A stretch of 64,000 nt of DNA, taken from assembly GCA_964106915.2 (NCBI GenBank), contig OZ066921.1; one strand, given 5' to 3'. Below, one piece after another: positions 1-10,291 of the stretch. A program made the translations under genes and the position numbers. Each line of letters starts with the position of its first letter. Position 1 is the first letter of the stretch. The DNA comes from Podarcis gaigeae. Its lineage: Eukaryota. Below the pieces are notes generated by a model that was not told where the DNA came from, did no database searches, and saw only the letters and a list, made by a program, of their open reading frames with translations.

Positions 1-1342
1 CTCCTAAAAAGGAAGGGGAAATGTCTGTGCGTGTTATAGAGCGAATGTGTGGTCCCTGGAGCCGAAAAATCAAGCAAAAATCAAATCGCGGGGCTGCACG
101 CTGGAGAAGCGAAACCTGAAAAGAGGAAGCGGCTGCTTTCCTGCATTCTGCCTCAGGGTCTTACTGCCCACCCTTCTCTGTTTCGTTGCTGTGTTTGCTG
201 AAACGGAACAAAGAGCAGGGAAAGCCCCTCCCTCCAGGCAAGCAGAGGGGAAAGCAGAGTGCGTCTCTGTGCTGCTGGGGGAGAGGGAGAGAGAGGGGGG
301 AAGGGAGATAGAGGGGGGAGGGGGAGGGAGAGAGAGGGAGGGAGAGAGGGGGAGTGAGAGAGAGAGAGAGAGAGAGATGGCTGGCTTGGGTGGGGGGAAA
401 CTTTTGCCTTCCTTTCCTCCCTACCCCTCTCCTGCATTCTTAGCCAGCTGCTTCTCTGCACACCCCTCTCCTGCTCCTTGTCCCTTCTGTGTTTTTCCTT
501 CCCTCCCCACTTAAAATGTGGTTACAAAGCATAGATCCTCAGGATCTTTGCATTGGGTCACCCCAAATTCACCATCAGATCACATAGCATGTCCATGGCT
601 ACAGCCTGCCCCCCCCCAAAATCACGCACCCACTGTTGCCTGGGGCTGCAATGGTGCAAAAACGTGGTTAAAAAGCATGGATCCACATGGATCCTCAGGA
701 TCTTTGCATTGGGTCACTCCAAATTCACCATCAGATCACATAGCATGTCCATGGCTACAGCCTGCACCAAAAAAATCACGCACCCACTGTTGCCTGGGGC
801 TGCAATGGTGCAAAAATGTGGTTAAAAAGCATGGATCCACATGGATCCTCAGGATCTTTGCATTGGGTCACCCCAAATTCACCATCAGATCACATAGCAT
901 GTCCATGGCTACAGCCTGCACCAAAAAAATCACGCACCCACTGTTGCCTGGGGCTGCAATGGTGCAAAAATGTGGTTAAAAAGCATGGATCCACAGGGAT
1001 TCTCAGGATCCTTGCATTGGGTCACCCCAACCAAATTCACCATCAGATCACATAGCATGTCCATGGCTACAGCCTGCCCCCCCCAAAATCACGCACCCAC
1101 TGTTGCCTGGGGCTGCAATGGTGCAAAAATGTGGTTAAAAAGCATGGATCCACAGGGATTCTCAGGATCCTTGCATTGGGTCACCCCAAATTTACCATCA
1201 GATCACATGTCTGTGGCCACAGCATGAAGCCCAAAAATGATACATCCACTGTTTCATTCAGAATGTTTTTTCCCTTGTTTTCCTCCTCTAAAAACAATGT
1301 GCGTGTTATGGTCAGGTGCGTGTTATAGAGCGAAAAATACGG
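1..1342. mobile_element. Non-autonomous Tc1/mariner-superfamily (Tc2/pogo-like) DNA transposon; left TIR probably just upstream of the window
   Basis: Right end GGTGCGTGTTATAGAGCGAAAAATACGG followed by TA (1343-1344); reverse complement begins CCGTATTTTTCG, typical of Tc2-type termini; subterminal motif GTGCGTGTTAT repeated near 27, 1299 and 1316; no transposase ORF. Confidence 0.7.
513..1250 (+). repeat. Minisatellite, about 154-bp unit, about 4.7 copies, inside the Tc2-like element
   Basis: Repeated GTGGTTAAAAAGCATGGATCCAC...TTGCATTGGGTCACCCCAAATTCACCATCAGATCACATAGCATGTCCATGGCTACAGCC...GGGGCTGCAATGGTGCAAAAA; also visible as repeated peptides in the ORF track. Confidence 0.95.
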
Positions 1343-1420
1343 TAAGTGGAGCCTTCTGTGGGTGTCAGTTTGAAGAAAAGCACTTAAGCCCCATATAACT
1401 GGTGCAACAGTTTTCTCTTC

Positions 1421-1497
1421 CCTGAAGTGATGATTAGGAATTCATGTCTCTTCTCTGACATAAGACGTGGAGACATTTGGATCCAATTCTGATCAGG
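1421..1497 (+). ncRNA. SNORD111B: Box C/D snoRNA, SNORD111 family (positional and sequence match to SNORD111B), SF3B3 intron 3; predicted 28S rRNA 2'-O-methylation guide
   Basis: Terminal stem CCTGA/TCAGG; C box GTGATGA 1427-1433; guide TCATGTCTCTTC complementary to 28S GAAGAGACAUGA; D' CTGA 1455-1458; C' GTGGAGA 1467-1473; D box CTGA 1489-1492. Human SF3B3 hosts SNORD111/111B. Confidence 0.92.
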
Positions 1498-2020
1498 TTC
1501 TCATCATAAATGCCCATTTTCTTATGCATGCATCATGCCATTTTTTTAAAGCTGAAATGTAATTTTGGGGTTTGATACAAATCTTAGTAGCTAAAGTGGA
1601 TCTGTAAAAACATTGAATGTTGAACATGGTTTTCTAATTGTTTACCGTCCTGTGATGGGAAAAAAGGTGTCTTCAGGTGAGCCTCCACTGCCATGGTTAT
1701 AAGATCATATGCAGCTACCTTAATGCCACCTTTCTGCACTATGACAATGGCAGTTATGGCTCTTGTAGTCCAGAAGAGGATGGGTGTGCGAAACCCAATC
1801 CTGCTGTGGTTCAACTTCTAATGTTAAACTGGTTTAGTGTTACATCTGAATGCAACTATTGGTTCTTCCAACAGGAAAGTAGCAGGGGAAAACTGCTGTG
1901 TCTTGAGAGGGCTGCAAGGCCTGCTTATGCAAGAGTAGGGATTGGGCACCTTAAGCATTAAAGTGCAGACATCTTCTGCTTCTGTATTCCTAATGTTCTC
2001 TCTGTCTAATCTCTTCATAG

Positions 2021-2193
2021 GTGCCATTGAGAAGCAGAAGCTAGTGTACATTCTGAACAGGGATGCTGCAGCCCGACTCACAATTTCTTCCCCATTAGAA
2101 GCGCATAAAGCCAACACCTTGGTTTACCATGTAGTTGGAGTAGATGTGGGGTTTGAAAATCCCATGTTTGCCTGTCTGGAAATGGATTATGAG
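2021..2193 (+). CDS. SF3B3: SF3B3 exon 4 (173 nt)
   Basis: catag|GTGCC ... GAG|gtatt; [14 protein letters not shown]...CLEMDYE. Confidence 0.97.
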
Positions 2194-5100
2194 GTATTGG
2201 GGAATTCGTCTCTCTGGTGACTTCCCTGCTCAACTGTGTGTCTCTTTTTAAAAAATGCAACTAACACCTTGTTGACTCCTTTGTCAACAAAGTCAACTGT
2301 CCATCTTCAAGTTCTCCAGTATGCTTAGTATGCCCTTCTTATAAATAAACTGTCTTTCATCGTATTCTCCATAATACAGCAAAATAGAGATTTCTCTGGA
2401 TGGCGTGGAGGAGGCCTCCAGTGCAACCATGGGTTAGGTCCCCACTATCAGAGTTAGGCAAGTCATATGACTGAGTACATAAACAGATCAGAAGGGCAAG
2501 GAGGGAAACAGGCCTTGGTGGGCAAGCAAGCAATTGCAGAGAGCAAATGCTCTCCAAAGGTGCCCAAGTCCTTGACTTTGGGCTTAGAACACAGCTTATG
2601 ATCGGAGGGCACCTCACCTGAATTTGTACTAGTATTTTGTTCTTAGTGCCATATTAATAGCAACAACAGTATTACTATTTGTTGTGTATATAGTGTCATT
2701 TATGCACCGGTATGATATATTCCTGTAACCTAAGAGATTTCTATTCTAAAACAGACACAGGGAAACAGTAGAGGAATTGGGGAGGCAGGTGAAGAATGTG
2801 TGTTTGTTATTTATGTCAGCTCTGGATACATGTGGGACTGGCACTGTAAGACAGGAGTTGCATGGATGTCTCTTGAAGTGCTTTGCGGTGTTTCTATTGG
2901 TTAGTTTGATTATAAGTTTATATTAGAGGTCTCTGTACTGCCCTTCACCAAAATAGTCACAGGGTGGTTTACAAAGAACAAAACATAATTTTATTTTTAT
3001 AAGTAATTCTTATATATTATGTTCCATTGATTTTGTGGCAATAGGGTCAGTTGCTGCACCAGATAAACAGGCAGGTGGCAGACTGAATAATCCGTTTCGG
3101 AACTATTGGATATTTAAATTTTTTATTCATGGCAGTTTTTCTTTCTTTATTACTCTTAATTTTTTCATTTTATTATGAACATTTATATAGTATTCTTCAG
3201 TTGAAATTTCCAGGACAGCTTATGTTAAAAATGCATCTAAAAGTATGTTCTCTTACGAGGCAGAGTATGACACTAATTTATTGTTGGTACATGTATTGTT
3301 TTCCACAGGAAGCTGACAATGACCCCACAGGAGAAGCGGCAGCCAACACCCAGCAAACCTTGACATTTTATGAGTTAGATCTGGGTTTGAACCATGTTGT
3401 CAGGAAATACAGTGAACCCTTGGAAGAACATGGCAACTTCCTCATTACAGGTACTGCTACCATTTCCAGTCCTTTTAGGGAAAAGACTTTATCCTAAGAT
3501 GTCAGAAAGAGAACTGCTTGAGACAAATGCACATTTTCTGTAGGCTCAAGCCATACTTGATGAATGAAAATTAGATATCCTTGATAGTTGCTTTTGTGCC
3601 ATGCTTTACAAAAGTGCAACAAGTATTTCCACTCTGTGCTCTACACTGGAAACCTAAAGTAGGTTAAAAAGTGGAGACCTCTGTTAGTAGGCAGAAATCA
3701 TCAGATTCATGAAAGCTCACCATATGTAACCCTCTCACTCCTGTGCTTTTCTTTGCTACCCTGATGATTGTCTGCACCTTAGCCCAAACCATGACATTTG
3801 TCTTATTGCAGCAGACATTCGAACACGAATACATTGCCACCAAGTAGTCTGGCAGCCAGGCCAATACTGGACAGGGCAGGATTGCCCGGAGGGCCAGCCA
3901 GAGTAGGAAAGCTGGCTTGCCAGCCAGTAGGGTAACACTGGATATTTGCAAGTCCCTTCTTGCTTTCACTTCCTCTGCTTGAACACAGACCCCTCTTCAG
4001 CCTGAAAATGGTGGCAAACTTGTGCAGTTTTTTCTCAAGTGTACCTTGGGTAAACCAGTTCCACAAGAACCAGACGAAACTATACATGGAGCTGCTCTTC
4101 TTCAGCTTCTTACGACATGTTTCTTTTATTTGTTAGTCCCTGGAGGTTCTGATGGTCCCAGTGGAGTGCTGATTTGTTCTGAAAACTACATCACCTACAA
4201 AAATTTTGGTGACCAACCAGATATCCGATGTCCCATTCCCAGGAGAAGGGTAAGGATCTTGTAGCCTTTTTCACCCTAAAGGAATATCCCAGTAGCATTC
4301 TCTGGGCAGCTGAAAAAATGGTTCACCTTTCAAGTTTGGCCAGAAAATGCAGCATTTGTATGAAGATGAATGCATTATTAACAAAGCTGTGTAGGCTCCA
4401 TTGAGGTCCTTAGTGAACTTGGGCTTCCATGGAGTGGGGAGTGGGTCTTCCCATGCCACACCTTACTTGTTAACTCCTTTTCCATATCAGCTAGAAAGAG
4501 CTGGCAGCAAAAGGTTGACTTATGATTTTGCAAAATTCTCTCAATGCTTGCTAAGACTTTTAGGGACCATTAGGAATTTGAATCTATGTAACAATATATC
4601 TGAAGAGTCCACAAGGGACTGTGCTGCCTGAGCTAGGCAGGCAGGCCACCATTGCCACCTCCAGCAGCTGTGCTGGTAGACTTTGCAATAATTGTGGATG
4701 AGGTTGCTCTAGAAAGTGCATGCTCCATCACCACTTTGTCATAACTGTGGAAAATACTCTTTTTGCTTTCATCACAGCAAAATGGCAGCAATGCAAGCAC
4801 TTTGCAGGGTGATCTTGCCCACTGTGCCTTATTCTGAGCAAGGTGTGAGATAGGCACCAAGGAGAGCATTTGGGTTATCCTTGCTTTATGGGAGGAAGGA
4901 CCCCGTTGAATGGCTAGCAGTAGTGCCAGCTGGTGATGGAGGCAGGTCATTTGAGGGTAGGGGTGCCTAGTCTTCAGCCTGAGTTATGTGGTGTAGAGTG
5001 GCTCATTATAGGACCAGCCACAAAAATATTAATTTCCTAGTAGCTGAAACCATTATGATAGAAATTATTACTTAAATATGGAAGTTCTGCTAATTGTAAA

Positions 5101-6064
5101 CTGAAAGTGAAAACGCTGTTGTGGCTTGATGTGATGAGTTGATGTCTCTTCTCTGATGCTTATTGTGGAGATGGCATTTCTTTCTGATCAAGCATTTTTG
5201 GTGATTACGTACTTGGTGCTGTGCAGGACACAGAAAACACTGTCTAGAGGTTTTTAAATTGCAAATCTATATTAGAAAGTCAGACATTACTGAGAGAGGG
5301 CTGTACCTCCCATCTGGTGGAGTTGGGGTACAGTCTCCTTTGTTGCTTTAGCCTTCAGGCAGCAACTACAAATGGTCCTCTTTCAGAGGGTGTTTGAGAC
5401 CCTTGAGCTGCAGTTTTAAGGTTCATGTTTTTGTTCCACTGCAAACCATTGCTTTGTCTGTTCTTTTTGTTGGTAGTTTAATTTTATGTCTTAATGTTTA
5501 CTTGTAAGGTCTCTTGAGGTGCTTTGACAAGAGTTGGGAGATAGAATTAATTTAATAAATAGATTATCTTGGAAATTGATATTTGATGGGGGGGGGAGAG
5601 CTGGACCCAGGGATTGTGAGGTTTATAGCTCCTGCAAGGCCCAGTGAAAGAAGTGAGGGAAGTGGCTTGATAGAGGGCTCGGGAGCAGCATCCCAGAAGG
5701 GCCCAGGAAGGAGGACTAGCAGGAGAAGAACTTTCCCAGAATGGAAGGAAGCAGTGAGGGAGCTTGGCAAAGCTGCTATAAAGAGGGGTGATATTTGCAG
5801 TAGGAGGGAAGCCATTAACAGGTGATTTCTAGCTATGATTCCATTAGGGCAGCTTCTGCCTTTGAGTCTGACTTGCTCTTCCTTCTGGCAGAATGACTTG
5901 GATGACCCTGAAAGAGGCATGATTTTTGTCTGCTCTGCTACACACAAGACCAAGTCTATGTTCTTCTTCTTGGCTCAGACTGAGCAGGGTGACATCTTCA
6001 AAATCACCTTGGAGACTGATGAGGACATGGTACGTCTCCTGCTGTATTCATGAATGTTTGCTTT

Positions 6065-6102
<38 letters not shown>

Positions 6103-9100
6103 GGGGGGGAAATGTTTGTGTGTGAGGGGGAGAGAGGGAGGAAGAATGGGTGATGTGCGATCTTTCACATCTAGCTCAAGCAGTAACTCATTTGTGGTGG
6201 TTTCAGGTAACAGAAATTCGACTCAAGTACTTTGATACAGTTCCTGTCGCTGCTGCCATGTGTGTTCTGAAAACTGGGTTCCTCTTTGTGGCTTCTGAGT
6301 TTGGAAACCAGTAAGTAAAATCTCCGACTTCTTTCTGAAGGGTTGCTGAATTTTTATGCTTGATACTGCTGTTGATGTTCTGCAAAGCACACATGCAGTT
6401 TTGGCTACCTTTCCTTCTCCAAATCTGGAAATTGTTCAGGTTGTGGCTGAATCTCAGACCCTTGCAACCAATCACAGGTATGGCCTGCCTGCTTGGTTTC
6501 ATCTTGCCAATTTCATCAAGGAGTGTGTCAGTGTCCTGTTTTCAGAATCTTACAGCAAGCATGGGTGTTGTGGGTTATTATGTTAGGATAAAATTTTGGA
6601 TTTGTTTAGCCAGTGAGGCCCAAACACATCTATACACATATAGCTCATGGTGTGATATTTTATTCACAGGAAGAGAGAAAGGATCTGGGGCAGAGAGCGT
6701 TTTGTATTGTTTGCCTTTTCTACAGATAGACCAGGGGTAGTCAACCTTTTTATACCTAGCGCCCACTAATGCATCTTTCTTGATGGTAAAATTTCTTCAC
6801 CGCCCACCAGTGCTCAATGGAAGGAGGATTCAGCTCGTTCCATAGAACCCCCTATCGCTCACCTAGAACCTTGAAATGCCCACTAGTGGGCAGTAGGGAC
6901 CAGGTTCACAACTCCTGAGATAGACAAATAAGGATGTGAAGATGTGTCTTAAACTTGGCCCCTCAGCTACTCTCCTTTGTCCTCAAAATGTTTTCTTCAG
7001 CAAGCAGCCCTACATCTTGGACATAATTGAAATAGCAAAGCCTGGGGTGGGGAGGAAATGGTCCAGTTTCATCAGAAGTGGCCCTCCTAGTGTCTCCCTC
7101 TTCTCTTTGCAGCTACCTCTATCAGATTGCTCATCTGGGGGATGATGATGAGGAGCCAGAGTTCTCCTCTGCCATGCCCTTGGAGGAAGGAGACACATTC
7201 TTTTTCCAGCCTCGGCCTCTCAAGAACTTGGTGCTGGTGGATGAACTGGACAGCCTGTCTCCCATCTTGTGTTGTCAGGTATGCTGTGTGCTTTGTCCCA
7301 TAGCTTGTGACAAGCTGCTGGGTTCTGTGTTGACCTCTGATGCTGGACATTGCATAGCCCTCTAGACCTTGAGAATAATTCCAAAAATGGTATAAGTTTC
7401 CAAAACTCCTTTAGATCAGAAACACAAAGCAGGTGAGTTAGTTCTTTGTCATGTTTGTATTTCACTTTTCCACAGAGTTGCTTAGCGCAACATGCCTGTC
7501 CCTCCTCTTCCCACCATTTATTTTCACAGCTGCTACTTTGGGTTGTAGGTTAGGAGGTGATACCCCTATGAGAGAGTGTCTGACTTGGTGGAAGTTGTAT
7601 CCAGTGCACTGCACTCTTCTGAATTTTGCCACCTTTAATTTTGCACGGGATTTGTTAGGGGCCCAGGACTTAACACTTTATGCACCCCCAATAGTTTGCA
7701 AAGTGGGCTAGCATAACATTTTCTTAAGTTGAGCCAGCTGTAGGTCATTGTGCAGCATTTTTACAGAAGTGACTATCTGACGGGAGGGAATTCTGTCAGG
7801 AGAGAGCCCACTCCCAGTGGGAGCAGTCAGATTTTTTTTTTGATTTTTTTTAAAGGTGAAATTTGGGAGAGGGGTGGCTTGAAGGCCACTTTTTTTTGCC
7901 AATCCTGCATGACAGTGGGGGATCTATGGAAGCAGTTGGTTTTTTTTAAAAAAAGGCCTAAAATACTGGAGGTCTTGAGTGGAAACAAAAACCCTTTGGG
8001 GGAGCCACTTGCGGCACCTGATTTATAAAAAGGTAATTTTATACAAAACACCAAAATGTAAATTAATACTTTAAAATACCTCACAAAACTGCAAGCCTTT
8101 CAAAAAACCTACATAATTGGCAAACCAAAGTTAATGGACTATGCTGAAATGTAAAACTAACTGGAAAGCTCAGAAATCAAGACAACAAGAAATTTAAAAA
8201 AGAGTGGGAAATGTTTATTATGTATTTGCAAAAGTATTGTAAACAGGTTAATACATTGGCAGGATTTTAAAAACACTTGAAATTTAAGAAATAGTATAGG
8301 AAATCTGAGGTAAAAAAATAATTTGGAGTAGAAATGCAGCTGAAAAGAAAACTTAAGGAACGGGGGGTGGGGAGTCACAGGGTTCGGAGAATCCCATTTT
8401 ATGGATTTGATATTGTTTATGTATTTTTCTTTGTTTGTGGTTATTGTATTTGTTATTATGAGTTGTTGTTGTTTGTTATTTTTGTTGAAAATGTATTCAA
8501 AATATATATTAAAAAAGCCTAAATACAATTTTGAAGGGAAATCCGAAAAGTTGAAATTTGAAAAACATGGAGTAAAAGGTTGGAAGATGAGCTCTTCCAT
8601 AAAAGATCGCTCCAACTGTGAGACTAATTCAGGGGAATATCTTCCCTACTTGATGTCATTTGCCATTAGTTATTAATGCAGATTACCAGTTTATCAAGTG
8701 GCAAATGTGAGAACCTTTGCCGCAATCACATATGTAAATAGGAGTAAAATGTTGTAGCTCTATTTATGATGCTTCGAAAGTGATAACCATCGTAATCGAA
8801 CAACCTGTCACCTTTCCTCTCTTATCCCTGCATCTTGGCGGCTTTCTGTGCAGATAGCTGATCTGGCTAATGAAGACACCCCTCAGTTATATGTGGCCTG
8901 TGGGAGGGGGCCTCGGTCGTCACTGAGGGTCCTTAGACATGGACTTGAGGTAAGAAGGGCAGGACATGAAGAGCAAAGCCATTCTGGATCTTCCTCTTGG
9001 GTGAAACCTTTTTTGTTAGATGAGAATGGATTCACTGGTGTATTCTGAAGCTGAGTAGAGCTAGAACAGGCATAGGCAAACACCTCCAGATGTTTTTGAG

Positions 9101-10259
9101 ACTACAATTCTCATCATCCCTGACCACTGGTCCTGTTAGCTAGGTATGATGGGAGTTGTAGTCCCAAAACATCTGGAGGGCCGAGTTTGCCTATGCCTGG
9201 GCTAGAATGTCAGCCTAACTGATCTCACAGTTTGGTTAGAGTTTAGAGCCAGGTGGGTGAATCACATTTGCTGCACTATGTGAGAATGTCATAAGAAGTC
9301 ATAAATAGCATGTGCATTGGGGATTTTGGAGAAATATACTGAGCTAGATTTTCCAGTGGTTGGGTTCAGTGTAAAGCATTTTTATAGTGGTTGAAGGACA
9401 GAATAATTCTTTTGTTTTCTCCTGTGCAATAGTAATAATTAGGTCCTTTTTATTTGGTGGAGAAAAGCTCTGTTTTAAGCTTTTTAGCATTAATAAAATA
9501 TGTCTTTCTCTAGGTATCTGAAATGGCCGTCTCAGAGTTGCCTGGTAACCCCAATGCTGTATGGACAGTGAGGAGGCATGTTGAAGGTAGGAGGTCTTCT
9601 GTGATGCAAATGCAGTGGTAAATGGCACGTTAAATTTCATTGTTTTTAGGAGTCCTTCCCTGCTGAGAGCAGGAGCACTGACAATGCTGTTGCCCCTCTT
9701 GCTATGGATGTAGTGCATTCTGTTCAGTGATCTCTTGGCAGTGTTGCCTTTAACTCACTGCTGTGGCCTTTCTTGGTGTCTCTTAGTATATGATTATGAT
9801 CTTTACCACTCATGGTGTTCCTTCAGCCTCCACCCCCGCCTTTCACTGGAATTGTCTTTGCCATACAGCCTTTGGTATCTTATGTACTACTACACCTTCT
9901 GTGTGTTCCTGGAATCTCTGCTGGCACAATGAAAGTGGGCGGCTGTCCTGGGACATTCTATCTTGGGGTGTGTTATTGCAATAGAACCTGACCTGTCTGT
10001 GGAAGAAGAAGAGGCCTTAATGCACAATCCTAGGCTTATGGTGGTAACATGATTGTTTCGCTCAAAAGCTCCGTGGACAGCACAATTATGACTCTTCATA
10101 CTACATCATTTGCTTAATCATGAAAGAGTATTGTGCTTTTTTGGAATTAGGGGAAGTTGTAATGCCCTTCCCTGAAGGCATGTCTGAGAAATAACCAGGT
10201 ACCCCTCCTGACTTGCATTTGCCATTTGCTGAAGGCCCTTGCTCCTCATTTTGTGTGTG

Positions 10260-10291
<32 letters not shown>

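Noticed and set aside
513-1250. Tandem array as a CRISPR-like or coding repeat
   Set aside because: Units are contiguous 154-bp near-identical copies without unique spacers, in a eukaryotic TE; the repeated ORFs simply follow the DNA repeat.
6201-6213. AG|GT junctions at the starts of SF3B3 exons 8 and 11 and MTSS2 exon 8 as recursive splice sites
   Set aside because: Explained by Val/Gly codons at exon starts; the introns are too short for recursive splicing to be expected.
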